DNA of 64,000 nucleotides from Candidatus Omnitrophota bacterium (lineage in GTDB: Bacteria > Omnitrophota > Gorgyraeia > Zapsychrales > JAHFFX01): NCBI GenBank assembly GCA_023247725.1, contig JAHFFW010000005.1, positions 25,804 through 89,803 of the forward strand, given 5' to 3'. The notes under the pieces were generated by a model. The model did no database searches, was not told the origin of the DNA, and saw only the letters and a program-made list of their open reading frames with translations. Below are positions 1 to 9,623 of this stretch, piece by piece. A program made the translations under genes and the position numbers. Each line of letters starts with the position of its first letter. Within the stretch, counting starts at the first letter, position 1.

Positions 1-1
1 A

Positions 2-466
2 TCCAATTTTAAAAAATTTTTTCTGTCTTTTGTAAAAAAATATAGCGGCTCAGGACGAAGTCTGTATTGGAGGGATTCCTTTTCTTTGATCCGCAATTCT
101 CCCTGGCTCGGCATCGGGATCAATACGTACTCACAAGTTTCGATGGAAAAGAAATTGGCATGGGGAGGATATCCCCATAATTGCTATCTGCAATTGACCG
201 CCGAGATGGGACTGATGGGTTTGATTTCATTCATTTGGATCATGGGAACGTTATTTCGCTTTGCTTTAAGACGAAGTCGCCAAATCCGCGATCCGTTTCT
301 GTATACGGTCCTCTGGGGCGGCATGGCAGGTTTATTGTCCTTCCTCGCTCAAAGTTCCGTCGATACCAATTTTTATTCGGTTCAGCTTGGGAATCTCATG
401 TGGTTGGCCCTGGGAATGATTGTTTCTTCGATCCAAATCTATGACCGTTCCCAAAACCAGAAGTGA
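2..466 (+). CDS. O-antigen ligase (Wzy_C/WaaL)-like membrane protein, 5'-truncated by the window edge
   Basis: The reading frame is open from position 2 and the listed ORF 86..466 is its 3' part. The sequence GSGRSLYWRDSFSLIRNSPWLGIGINTY...GGYPHNCYLQLTAEMGLMGL matches the conserved Wzy_C core (G-x-G, H-N-x-Y-L, E-x-G) and is followed by hydrophobic helices. Confidence 0.55.
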   Translation, partial: SNFKKFFLSFVKKYSGSGRSLYWRDSFSLIRNSPWLGIGINTYSQVSMEKKLAWGGYPHNCYLQLTAEMGLMGLISFIWIMGTLFRFALRRSRQIRDPFLYTVLWGGMAGLLSFLAQSSVDTNFYSVQLGNLMWLALGMIVSSIQIYDRSQNQK

Positions 467-467
467 T

Positions 468-1340
468 ATGGGTAAGAGTACCGTCGGGATTCTGCTAGTG
501 GCGATCGTGGTCACGGCCATCGTTGTGGATCGGATGGGTGAACGCCTGGGCCGTTTGGAAGAAGAACTTTCCCACTTGCGCGGTGTGCGCGCCCGCCTGG
601 CTTCGGTCGAGGCCAAAACGAAAACTTTTCAAGAGCTGCATTTGCATAAAAAATTTCCTCGAAAGGATGGAGTATTGAAAATGTTTCGCACGGGTGAGGT
701 CCGAGAGGATATCCATGACGCCGTCATCAAAAGCGAGGATGCGGATAGCAATGATGGCGGAGGTTTATTTTTGGAAACCGGGGTCGCCCAAAAACGTCTG
801 GTCCGACGGACGCTGCTGGACTTTCCCGAATTCTTCTCTCCCCTGACAGAAAAGGCGGTCATTGTGGACGCTACCCTTTATCTGAAACAGCTGGATCACG
901 GATCATTGGATGATGCGGCACTGGACCAGAAATTGAACTTGTATGCGGTGCGCAAGCCCTGGGGGGAGGGAAACCAAAAAAGCGAAAAAGCCAGCAACGG
1001 GGAAGCCACCTGGGCTTGGGCGCGTTTCGGCCAGACACCCTGGGCAAAGCCGGGATGCAGCCAGTGGGATCTGGACATTGACCATAATCCCATGGCTTCG
1101 ACGGGTTCTGATATTCAGGGAGGGTACAGCGGATGGATCGCGCTGCCATTTACGGAATATGGAATCTCCACGTTACAAAAGTGGCTGGAAACGCCCGCTA
1201 TGCGTCAATACGGCTTTCTTTTAAAAGACCACGAGGAGAATAAGCCTTTTACGAATTTGCGTTTTTTTTCTTCGGAGTCCGAAGAAATCGATCGGCCCTA
1301 TATTGAGATTTTGTATATGGTGCCGCCTTCACTAGACTGA
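468..1340 (+). CDS. membrane-anchored coiled-coil protein with C-terminal DNRLRE-like domain
   Basis: ATG at 468 overlaps the upstream stop (TGATATG). There is an N-terminal TM helix (GILLVAIVVTAIVV) and a coiled coil. The C-terminal pattern ATLYL...LNLYAV...ATWAWARF...YGFLLKDHEEN...FFSSESEEIDRPYIEILY resembles the DNRLRE domain signature (NYGflL...fxSrE...RPxLxVxY). Confidence 0.45.
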   Translation: MGKSTVGILLVAIVVTAIVVDRMGERLGRLEEELSHLRGVRARLASVEAKTKTFQELHLHKKFPRKDGVLKMFRTGEVREDIHDAVIKSEDADSNDGGGLFLETGVAQKRLVRRTLLDFPEFFSPLTEKAVIVDATLYLKQLDHGSLDDAALDQKLNLYAVRKPWGEGNQKSEKASNGEATWAWARFGQTPWAKPGCSQWDLDIDHNPMASTGSDIQGGYSGWIALPFTEYGISTLQKWLETPAMRQYGFLLKDHEENKPFTNLRFFSSESEEIDRPYIEILYMVPPSLD

Positions 1341-1356
1341 TTGATTTATTTGATTT

Positions 1357-1403
1357 GCGGGGGCGCCAGGCCCTACCTTTAGAAAGCGGGCCTGGCGCCC
1401 CCG
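1357..1403 (+). terminator. perfect 17-bp GC-rich hairpin (GCGGGGGCGCCAGGCCC / GGGCCTGGCGCCCCCGC, 13-nt loop) downstream of the DNRLRE-like gene
   Basis: The inverted repeat was read directly. It has no strong U-tract, so it may be an intrinsic terminator or an RNA-stability hairpin. Confidence 0.5.
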
Positions 1404-1423
1404 CACCGTGGTACCCGCAAGAA

Positions 1424-1451
1424 TTGACAAAAAAAGGCCTTTGGGTATAAT
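1424..1451 (+). promoter_or_regulatory. sigma70-type promoter for pgk (TTGACA-16nt-TATAAT)
   Basis: Consensus -35 TTGACA at 1424-1429 and consensus -10 TATAAT at 1446-1451, about 57 nt upstream of the pgk start. Confidence 0.6.
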
Positions 1452-1508
1452 GGACAAGTCTTTTGAGATAAATATCAGTATTTATAAAATATTCTTGAAG
1501 AAGACCCC

Positions 1509-2744
1509 ATGAATAAATTAACCATCAAGGACCTTGATTTGCGTGGCAAGAAGGTCATCATCCGCGCCGATTTTAATGTTCCGCTCGATGAACAAATGCA
1601 TATCACCGATGATCGCCGCATCCGCGAGGCCTTGCCCACCCTGCGTTATGCCCTGGATCAGGGAGCCCAAAAAGTGATTTTGATGAGCCATCTGGGTCGT
1701 CCTAAAGACAAGGTGGTCGAAGGTCTTCGCCTCAAACCGGCAGCAAAACGATTGGAAGAACTGCTCAAAGAAAAAATCCTGCGCCTGGATGATTGCATTG
1801 GCCCGTCGGTGGAACAATCCATTCAACAATCTAAGGAGCGGGTCGTGCTTTTGGAAAATCTCCGGTTTCACAAAGAAGAGGAGGCTAACGACCCCGAATT
1901 CGCCCGAAAGCTGGCGGCGTTGGCGGATGTTTACGTGAACGATGCCTTTGGCACCGCGCACCGGGCCCATGCCTCCACGGCCGGCATCACCCAATATTTG
2001 CCGTCGGTGGCCGGCTTTCTTTTGGATAAAGAAATCAATTATCTCGGCAAGGCCTTGGATCATCCTCGCAAACCCTTTGTCGTCATCTTCGGCGGAGCCA
2101 AGGTCTCGGATAAGATTGCCGTCATTGGAAATCTTTTGCCCAAGGCCGATGCGATTATCATCGGCGGCGGAATGGCCTACACATTTTTGAAAGCGCAGGG
2201 TAAGAGTGTTGGCACCTCCAAACTTGAAGTCGACAAGATCGATGTGGCCAGGCAAATTATCGACAAGGCGAAGGCGCAGGGGGTTACCCTGGCCATCTCT
2301 TCCGACTTTGTGGTGGTCACAAAATTTGAATCTTCGGCGGATATGAAAATTGTGAAAGACCAAATTCCGGACGGGTGGATGGGAGTTGATATTGGACCGG
2401 AATCGAGAAAACGGTTCAAAGAAATTTTAGCCAAGGCGAAGACGATTGTCTGGAATGGGCCGTTGGGTGTTTTTGAAAACGACGCCTTTGCCCAGGGAAC
2501 AAAGGACATTGCCGAATTTATCGTCGGGTTAAAGGATGTAACCACGATCATCGGCGGCGGTGATTCGGCGGCGGCGATCGCCAAATTTCAGTTGGAAGAC
2601 AAAATGACCCACATTTCGACCGGGGGCGGGGCCTCTTTGGAATTCCTCGAGGGGAAAACTTTACCGGGCATCGCCGCGCTTCGCGACAAGTCGCCAGCAA
2701 TCGGCCTCTCTTACTCTCACCCCGGGGGTGAGAGAAGGGTATAA
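1509..2744 (+). CDS. pgk: phosphoglycerate kinase
   Basis: Full-length Pgk homology ([27 protein letters not shown]...). The last ~8 codons are encoded by an intergenic palindrome. Confidence 0.95.
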   Translation: MNKLTIKDLDLRGKKVIIRADFNVPLDEQMHITDDRRIREALPTLRYALDQGAQKVILMSHLGRPKDKVVEGLRLKPAAKRLEELLKEKILRLDDCIGPSVEQSIQQSKERVVLLENLRFHKEEEANDPEFARKLAALADVYVNDAFGTAHRAHASTAGITQYLPSVAGFLLDKEINYLGKALDHPRKPFVVIFGGAKVSDKIAVIGNLLPKADAIIIGGGMAYTFLKAQGKSVGTSKLEVDKIDVARQIIDKAKAQGVTLAISSDFVVVTKFESSADMKIVKDQIPDGWMGVDIGPESRKRFKEILAKAKTIVWNGPLGVFENDAFAQGTKDIAEFIVGLKDVTTIIGGGDSAAAIAKFQLEDKMTHISTGGGASLEFLEGKTLPGIAALRDKSPAIGLSYSHPGGERRV

Positions 2745-2833
2745 AAGATCCTCTCACCCCCGGGGTGAGAGGGTGGCTGTCGTCGGTAACGGCGGGCCGG
2801 GGAAGCCGCCGAGGCGTCAATAAAAGTCAACCC

Positions 2834-3625
2834 ATGAATCCAAAACGAAAAACGATTATCGCCGGCAACTGGAAAATGAACAAAACGGCACTGGAGGCGA
2901 TCGACCTGGCCAATGGCTTAAATCGCGAACTGGGCGATCTCACCGAGATCGATATCGTCATTTGTCCAGCATTCTCTTCGCTTTCGGATGTCCAAGAGAT
3001 TTTAACTGACTCCAATATTCGTCTGGGCGCGCAGAATCTTCACTGGGAAAACGCGGGCGCTTTTACCGGCGAGGTTTCCGCGCCCATGCTCAAGAGCGTC
3101 GGTGTGGAGTATGTGATCATCGGCCATTCGGAGCGCCGGCAATTTTTCGGGGAAACCAATGCGTCGGTCAATAAAAAAATCAAAGCGGCCTTAAAAAATG
3201 GTTTGGCGCCCATCCTTTGTGTGGGAGAAAACCTTCATGAGCGGGAAACGAATCAAACCTTTGCCGTCGTGAAAAACCACTGCGAGGGGTCGCTATCGGA
3301 TTTGACTCCGGCGGAGATGGAGCTCATCACACTCGCGTATGAACCGGTTTGGGCCATAGGAACCGGAAAGACCGCCACGCCCGCCCAGGCTCAAGAGGTG
3401 CAGGCCTTTGTCCGCGATTGGCTGTCTCAACAATCTGGTTCTGACTTGGCGGAAAAAATTCGGATTCAGTATGGCGGAAGCGTGACGCCAGAAAACATCG
3501 CCGATCTGATGGCTCAGCCCGATATCGACGGAGCTTTAGTCGGCGGCGCCAGTTTAAAAGTGGAAAGTTTCGTCAAGATCGTCAAGCAATGTTGTCTTCC
3601 CTTCGATAAAGCGAGGATGGTATGA
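2834..3625 (+). CDS. tpiA: triose-phosphate isomerase
   Basis: The sequence from the internal ATG (KTIIAGNWKMN...IGHSERR...CVGE...AYEPVWAIGTG) is canonical TIM. The ORF-track start at 2765 is an upstream extension. Confidence 0.93.
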   Translation: MNPKRKTIIAGNWKMNKTALEAIDLANGLNRELGDLTEIDIVICPAFSSLSDVQEILTDSNIRLGAQNLHWENAGAFTGEVSAPMLKSVGVEYVIIGHSERRQFFGETNASVNKKIKAALKNGLAPILCVGENLHERETNQTFAVVKNHCEGSLSDLTPAEMELITLAYEPVWAIGTGKTATPAQAQEVQAFVRDWLSQQSGSDLAEKIRIQYGGSVTPENIADLMAQPDIDGALVGGASLKVESFVKIVKQCCLPFDKARMV

Positions 3626-4044
3626 GTTTAGTGATTGTGATTCACTGTATCATTTGTTTATTGCTTTCCCTGGTCATTCTGATGCAGTCCGGTCGCGGAG
3701 GGGGCTTAACCGAACAGTTTGCCTCCGCCGAATCGATCTTCGGAGCCAAGACCAATGTGTTCATGGTTAAGGTGACGGCTGTTCTCGCCGGTCTATTTTT
3801 GTTAACGTGTATCATGCTGGCCTATTTTTCTTCAAAATCGAATCAGTCGCTCATGTCCACGCGACCTATTCCCGTGGGACCGGCAAGCCTGCCACCGGGC
3901 GCTTCTCCCTCAGCCGGGCCAGCCGCTCCCGCGCCGGCCGCGAGCGAACCAATACCGGGCAAAACCTCCGAGAAATCCAAAGAAACTGCCGTCGAATCGC
4001 AGCCGGTGACTGCTGGTCATGCGAATAATCCTCCCACTCCCTAA
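3622..4044 (+). CDS. secG: preprotein translocase subunit SecG with Pro/Ala-rich C-terminal tail
   Basis: Two TM helices with the SecG-type motif (LMQSGRGGGL). The pgk-tpiA-secG order is conserved. ATGA overlap with the tpiA stop. Confidence 0.85.
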   Translation: MSLVIVIHCIICLLLSLVILMQSGRGGGLTEQFASAESIFGAKTNVFMVKVTAVLAGLFLLTCIMLAYFSSKSNQSLMSTRPIPVGPASLPPGASPSAGPAAPAPAASEPIPGKTSEKSKETAVESQPVTAGHANNPPTP

Positions 4045-4078
4045 AATCGCCGGATTTTTTGATCCGAGAGGCCATTGG

Positions 4079-5779
4079 ATGTTTGGCTTTATGTTTTGTC
4101 TGGCGAGTATGCTCGTTTCCCCAACCATCATCTTCGGTGAATCACTTTACGGCGGGCGCCTCGTGCGCGCCTCGACCTCTGATCCAAAATCCTTTAATCC
4201 GATCATTGCCAAAGAAACCTCGACGACGCTGGTAACCAATCTGATCTTTGAAGGGTTAACGACCGAAAATGCCTTCACCCTCAAGGTGGAACCACGCCTC
4301 GCCCAAAGTTGGGAAGTGGACCCGCAAGGTCTGCGCTGGAAATTTCATCTGCGCCAAGATGTGCGCTGGTCGGACGGAGTCCCTTTTACGGCCGACGATG
4401 TGGTCTTTACCTTCAATGAGCTGATCTACAATGACCAGATCCCCAGTTCTTCCCGCGACATTTTTACCGTCGATGGAAAGATCTTTCAGGTGAGTAAACT
4501 GGATGACTGGACCGTTTTGTTTGTGCTGCCTTTTAAATTCGCGCCGTTTTTACGCAGTCTTTCCCAGGAGATCCTTCCCAAGCACAAACTGGAAAAAATT
4601 GTCAAGGAGGGGAAATTCAATTTTGCGTGGGGTATTGATACGGATCCCAAACAGATCGTTGGGACCGGGCCTTTTGTCTTAAACCGATACAGCCCCGGGG
4701 AACGGATTGTTTTTAAAAAGAATCCGTTTTATTGGAAAAAGTCTGCGGAAGGAAACCGGCTTCCTTATCTCGACGGAATAATTTTTCTAATCGTTCAGAA
4801 TTTCGATACTGTCATCCTAAAATTCTTGGAAGGGGAAGTGGATTATTGCGGTTTTCGCGGTATGGATTTCCCCTTATTGAAGCCGCGGGAAAAGTCGGGA
4901 AATTTTACGATCTACGATGCCGGGCCGGATTTTGGCAGCAATTTTATTGCCTTTAACTTAAATCCGGGGGTCAATCCCCAAACAAAAAAACCTTTCGTGG
5001 ATCCGCAGAAACTTTCCTGGTTCAACAATGTCGAATTCCGTCGGGCCGTGGCGCATGCGTTGGATAAGAAAAAGATGATCGAGATTGTCCAAAACGGTTT
5101 TGGTTACCCTCAGGATTCATCCATGAGTCCGAGCGCGGGATTTTTCTACAATCCTCATGTTGAGGTTTATGATTATGACCTGTCCAAGGCCCGGGATATT
5201 TTGCACAACGCCGGATTCATCGACCGCGACCACGATGGTTTCGTGGAGGACAAAGAAGGCCACCGGGTGGAATTTAATCTCTACACGAACGCCAGCGATA
5301 ACGAACGGGTGCAGATGGCGGGCATCATCCGGCAGGATTTGGAGAATCTGGGAATCAAGGTGAATTTTGTCGCCATTGAGTTCAATGCCTTGGTGAGCAA
5401 ATTGACTTCCACCTATGAATGGGACATGATTCTTCTGGGGCTGACGGGCGGGGTTGAACCGCATTTTGGCAATAATGTCTGGCAGTCGAGCGGACAATTG
5501 CATCTGTGGAATCCCCAACAGGAATTTCCGGCGACCGACTGGGAAAAAGGGCTCGACGATATCTTTGCGCAAGGAGTTCAGGAACTCGACGAGAATAAAC
5601 GCAAGGCGCTTTACGACGAATTCCAATTGATCATTTCTCAACAACTCCCGGTCATTTACACGGTCCTCGAGGCCAATCTATTTGCGGTGCGCAACAAGTT
5701 TGGCAATGTGCAGCCTTCCGGTTACGGCGGGGCGTTTCATAATATTGAAGAAATCTACCTCAAGGAAGGTTACCGTTAA
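4079..5779 (+). CDS. ABC transporter substrate-binding protein, peptide/nickel (OppA/DppA, family 5) type
   Basis: Signal peptide followed by family-5 SBP homology. RBS GAGAGG lies before the ATG at 4079. Permease and ATPase genes follow. Confidence 0.85.
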   Translation: MFGFMFCLASMLVSPTIIFGESLYGGRLVRASTSDPKSFNPIIAKETSTTLVTNLIFEGLTTENAFTLKVEPRLAQSWEVDPQGLRWKFHLRQDVRWSDGVPFTADDVVFTFNELIYNDQIPSSSRDIFTVDGKIFQVSKLDDWTVLFVLPFKFAPFLRSLSQEILPKHKLEKIVKEGKFNFAWGIDTDPKQIVGTGPFVLNRYSPGERIVFKKNPFYWKKSAEGNRLPYLDGIIFLIVQNFDTVILKFLEGEVDYCGFRGMDFPLLKPREKSGNFTIYDAGPDFGSNFIAFNLNPGVNPQTKKPFVDPQKLSWFNNVEFRRAVAHALDKKKMIEIVQNGFGYPQDSSMSPSAGFFYNPHVEVYDYDLSKARDILHNAGFIDRDHDGFVEDKEGHRVEFNLYTNASDNERVQMAGIIRQDLENLGIKVNFVAIEFNALVSKLTSTYEWDMILLGLTGGVEPHFGNNVWQSSGQLHLWNPQQEFPATDWEKGLDDIFAQGVQELDENKRKALYDEFQLIISQQLPVIYTVLEANLFAVRNKFGNVQPSGYGGAFHNIEEIYLKEGYR

Positions 5780-5781
5780 GG

Positions 5782-6756
5782 ATGGCCCGTTATATTGTCA
5801 GACGAATCCTCGTATCGATCCCTTCGCTTCTGGCGATGGCCTTATTGACCTTCATCCTTATGCAGATGACGCCCGGCAATTTTTTTGACACCTTGAAAAT
5901 GGACCCGCAGATCTCCGCCGAAACGATCGCCCGCTATAAAGCGTTGTACCACCTGAATGATCAGCGGGTTTTGGTCCAATTCTTCTACTGGATCAAAAAC
6001 CTTCTGCGTTTTGAATTCGGCTATTCGTTTTTTTATAATGTTCCCGTCGGGCATGTCATTGCCCATCGGCTTTGGAATACCTTTATTCTTTCCCTGGCGA
6101 GTTTTCTTTTTACCTGGCTTCTGGCGATTCCTTTAGGGATATGGGCCGCCTTGCACCGCAATCGGTGGGGGGACCGGATTCTCCAGGGTTTGTCCTATCT
6201 TGCCTTGTCCACGCCGGGATTTTTTCTGGCGATGATTTTGTTGTATATCGTCAGTCAAACCGGCGGCCTCCCGCTGGGCGGCATGCGCAGCGCCCATTAT
6301 GACGAATTGAATGTGGTGGAAAAATTTTTCGATCTTCTGGCCCATCTGGTCATCCCGACGGTGGCGATTTCTCTGGCCTCGATCGGAGCCCTGCAGCGCA
6401 TCATGCGCGGAAATTTTTTGGAAGTGATGCGCCAGCAGTATATCCTGACGGCCCGCGCGAAGGGATTGCCCGAACATCAGGTGATTTATCGCCATGCCTT
6501 GCGCAATGCCATGAATCCGCTCATCACGTTATTAGGGTATGAATTTTCCGGGCTCTTGAGCGGGGCAGCGTTGTTGGAAATCATCTGTAGCTGGCCCGGT
6601 TTGGGGATGCTCATGCTCACCGCGGTCCGGGCCAAGGATGTGTATCTGGTCATGTCCGAGATGCTGATGGGGGGTATTTTGCTTTTGCTGGGGAATCTAT
6701 CGGCGGATATTCTCCTTGCGAAATCCGATCCGCGTATTAGGCTGAGTGAAACCTAA
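5782..6756 (+). CDS. ABC transporter permease (DppB/OppB family)
   Basis: Polytopic protein with the EAA-like region (ARAKGLPEHQVIYRHALRNA). Confidence 0.9.
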   Translation: MARYIVRRILVSIPSLLAMALLTFILMQMTPGNFFDTLKMDPQISAETIARYKALYHLNDQRVLVQFFYWIKNLLRFEFGYSFFYNVPVGHVIAHRLWNTFILSLASFLFTWLLAIPLGIWAALHRNRWGDRILQGLSYLALSTPGFFLAMILLYIVSQTGGLPLGGMRSAHYDELNVVEKFFDLLAHLVIPTVAISLASIGALQRIMRGNFLEVMRQQYILTARAKGLPEHQVIYRHALRNAMNPLITLLGYEFSGLLSGAALLEIICSWPGLGMLMLTAVRAKDVYLVMSEMLMGGILLLLGNLSADILLAKSDPRIRLSET

Positions 6757-6829
6757 CTCGGTATGGGGAGAGGGATGAGGAGTCTAGGACTCCAGACCCT
6801 AGACCCTGCACCACGAGAAAATAATTTTT

Positions 6830-7939
6830 ATGTCCAGTGAAAAAAAGCAACCCGAATCCCTGAGTCAATGGCAAATGGCGCTGCGCCACTTTCGGAGGAA
6901 TAAATTCGCAATGCTTTGTTTTTGGACTTTAATGATTTTTTATTCGGCAGCCATCTTTGCGGATTTCCTGGCCCCGTATTCATTCAAAAATGAAGATCGC
7001 AATTTTTCCTACTGCCCGCCGACGCCGATTAAGTTGAGACACGCAGGTCATCTTACGGCGCCCTTTGTCCCGGAACTGAAACTCCATTTCAACGACATCC
7101 ACAAAAGGATTTATACACAGGACGAGGGCAAACGATTTCCCCTCAAATTTTTTATCCAAGGCGATGAATACAAATTCCTGGGAATGTTCTCTACCCGTCG
7201 GCATTTGTTCGGCGTGGATGCCCCCGGCCGAGTTTATTTGTGGGGAGCGGACGCCCGTGGACGAGATTTATTCTCGCGCATCCTGCATGGCGCCCGGATT
7301 TCCTTGTCCATTGGTTTAATTGGAGTTTTTATTTCGTTTACGATCGGTTTATTGGTGGGCGGGATCGCCGGTTATTATGGAAGCTGGGTGGATAACATCC
7401 TCATGCGGATCTGTGAAATGTTCATGATGGTTCCCAGCTTCTATCTTTTGTTGGCGTTACGCACCGTCGTGCCGGACAATTTTAATTCGCTGCAAATTTA
7501 TTTTTCCATTGTGGCCATTCTGTCTTTTATCGGATGGGCCGGCTTGGCCCGCATTATCCGTGGGATGAGCCTGTCCCTGCGCGAAAGAGAATACGTTTTG
7601 GCCGCTAAGGGTATGGGATTGTCGGATTTTGCCATCATCGTGCGGCATATTCTGCCGCATACCATGTCCTATTCCATCATTGCGATCATGCTGTCCATTC
7701 CCAGCTACATTTTGGGAGAGTCGGCGCTCAGTTTATTGGGAATGGGAATTCAAGATCCCTATGCCAGCTGGGGAAATCTTTTGTCGGATGCCATGGGCAT
7801 CGTTGCGATCCAATTCGCCCCATGGATCCTTTTGCCCGGGCTTTTTATTTTGATCACCGTCATTTGTTTTAATGTCATCGGCGATGCGCTGCGAGACAGT
7901 CTGGATCCGTTATTCAAATCCGACTTCGCGGGTTTGTGA
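6830..7939 (+). CDS. ABC transporter permease (DppC/OppC family) with OppC-type N-terminal extension
   Basis: Permease homology (LAAKGMGLSDFAIIVRHILPHT). Confidence 0.9.
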   Translation: MSSEKKQPESLSQWQMALRHFRRNKFAMLCFWTLMIFYSAAIFADFLAPYSFKNEDRNFSYCPPTPIKLRHAGHLTAPFVPELKLHFNDIHKRIYTQDEGKRFPLKFFIQGDEYKFLGMFSTRRHLFGVDAPGRVYLWGADARGRDLFSRILHGARISLSIGLIGVFISFTIGLLVGGIAGYYGSWVDNILMRICEMFMMVPSFYLLLALRTVVPDNFNSLQIYFSIVAILSFIGWAGLARIIRGMSLSLREREYVLAAKGMGLSDFAIIVRHILPHTMSYSIIAIMLSIPSYILGESALSLLGMGIQDPYASWGNLLSDAMGIVAIQFAPWILLPGLFILITVICFNVIGDALRDSLDPLFKSDFAGL

Positions 7940-7951
7940 GGTTTTGGAAAA

Positions 7952-8737
7952 ATGGAAGCCCCGTTATTATCGGTTGAACATCTCACCGTGAGCGTCCAAG
8001 GTGATCCCACTGGCAAGGAATTGGTAAAGGAAGTGAGCTTTCAGATTTCTACAGGAAAAATTTCCGCTCTGGTCGGTGGATCCGGAAGCGGCAAAACCAC
8101 GACGGGTCTGGCCATCCTTCGGCTTTTGTCTCCGGCCTTAAGAATGGATTCTGGTCAAATTCGCCTGAACGGTGTGAACCTTTTGTCTCTGACCGAAGAG
8201 GGGATGCGCCGGATCCGCGGCAAACAGATCAGTATGGTTTTTCAGGAACCGCTCAACGCCTTTAATCCGGTTTTACGCATCGGCGCGCAAATTGCGGAGA
8301 TGCTGCAGGTTCACACTGATCTGTCCGCATCGCAACGGCGGGCGAGGATTTTAGAATTGCTGAAAATCGTCGAGATTAATGATCCACTCCGGGTTGCCAG
8401 TCAATACCCGCATCAATTGAGCGGTGGGTTGAGGCAACGGGCTATGATCGCGCAGGCCATCGCCGCGAAGCCAAGGCTTTTAATCGCGGATGAACCGACC
8501 AGTAATCTCGATGTGACCATTCAAGCGCGGATCATGGAACTGTTTCGCAAATTGAGAACGGAGTTGGAACTAACGATGATTCTCATTACCCACGATCTGG
8601 GTTTGGTCCGGGAATTGGCGGATGAGGTGGTCGTCTTCTGCGGCGGTAAAGTCGTCGAGAAGGGATTCTCGAAGGAACTTTTTGACCATCCCGGCCATCC
8701 TTACACGCGCCAATTGCTGGAGGCGTCTTTGTTATGA
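7952..8737 (+). CDS. ABC transporter ATP-binding protein (DppD/OppD type)
   Basis: Walker A GGSGSGKTT, signature LSGGLRQR and Walker B LLIADEPTS. Confidence 0.92.
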   Translation: MEAPLLSVEHLTVSVQGDPTGKELVKEVSFQISTGKISALVGGSGSGKTTTGLAILRLLSPALRMDSGQIRLNGVNLLSLTEEGMRRIRGKQISMVFQEPLNAFNPVLRIGAQIAEMLQVHTDLSASQRRARILELLKIVEINDPLRVASQYPHQLSGGLRQRAMIAQAIAAKPRLLIADEPTSNLDVTIQARIMELFRKLRTELELTMILITHDLGLVRELADEVVVFCGGKVVEKGFSKELFDHPGHPYTRQLLEASLL

Positions 8738-9603
8738 TCCCTCTTTTGGAACTAAAGTACGTCCGAAAATCTTTTCCCCTCGCAAGAAATTTTTGGGGCC
8801 AGACAAAACGCTGGCTGACAGCGGTCGATGGGATTGATCTGTCGATCTTTCCTTTGGAACATCTGGGATTGGTGGGAGAATCTGGCAGCGGGAAGACGAC
8901 CTTGGGACGAATGATCGTGCGTCTGCTCAAAGAAGATGAAGGCGAGATTTTTTTTGCGGGTCAGAACTTAAGTCGTTTGGGGAGTAGGCGGCTGCGTCTT
9001 TTCCGCCAACATTTCCAAATGGTTTTTCAGGATCCTTTCAATAGCCTGGATCCCCGCTTCACCGTTTTTAGCCTCATGGCCGAGCCCATGATTTGGGAAA
9101 AAAATATTCCCAAAACCAAAAAAATAGAAAAAATTCAGCACCTGCTCAAAGCAGTCCGTTTGCCGCCGGATATTTTAAATCGGTTCCCCCACGAATTTAG
9201 CGGCGGGGAACGCCAGCGGATCGCCATTGCCCGGTGCCTGATCACCCAGCCAAAATTTTTGGTATTGGATGAAGCCGTTTCTTCTTTAGACGTCGTGGTC
9301 CAGGCGCAGATCCTGGATTTGCTGCTGGATTTGCAAAAGGCCTTTGGCCTGACGTATCTGTTTATTTCGCATAACCTGCGCGTGGTTAGAAAGATCTGCC
9401 GTCGGATTGCGGTCATGGTCAAAGGCAAGATTGTGGAAATGGGGCCGATGGCAGAGATTTTTGGCGATCCCCGGCATCCCTATACCCGGGAGCTTTTGAC
9501 CGCGGCCATGGATTACAAGGCCAGCCCCGAACGAAACGACATGGTGTTTCCATCGGGCGTTCAATTGCGGGATGTGGGCAAAGGGCACTTTCTTCTCCAA
9601 TAA
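8734..9603 (+). CDS. ABC transporter ATP-binding protein (DppF/OppF type)
   Basis: Walker A GESGSGKTT, signature FSGGERQR and Walker B LVLDEAVSS. ATGA overlap with the upstream gene. Confidence 0.92.
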   Translation: MIPLLELKYVRKSFPLARNFWGQTKRWLTAVDGIDLSIFPLEHLGLVGESGSGKTTLGRMIVRLLKEDEGEIFFAGQNLSRLGSRRLRLFRQHFQMVFQDPFNSLDPRFTVFSLMAEPMIWEKNIPKTKKIEKIQHLLKAVRLPPDILNRFPHEFSGGERQRIAIARCLITQPKFLVLDEAVSSLDVVVQAQILDLLLDLQKAFGLTYLFISHNLRVVRKICRRIAVMVKGKIVEMGPMAEIFGDPRHPYTRELLTAAMDYKASPERNDMVFPSGVQLRDVGKGHFLLQ

Positions 9604-9623
9604 CCAGCAAAAAAGGTCAGCAC

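Noticed and set aside
1518-2363. Long antisense ORFs (for example 1518..2363, 10173..11090, 12055..12954, 24206..24799, 40054..40962, 41155..41847, 51508..52104, 55060..55743 and 60352..60954, all on the minus strand)
   Set aside because: Each lies entirely inside a + strand gene with clear homology (pgk, the TPR membrane protein, glgC, rpoD, lepA, epimerase, glgP, the NTF2-like protein). Their translations have no recognisable motifs.
6756-6830. Short repeats AGACCCTAGACCCT and the palindrome GAGTCTAGGACTC between the two permease genes
   Set aside because: They are too short to be distinguished from chance, and no CRISPR-like periodicity is present.
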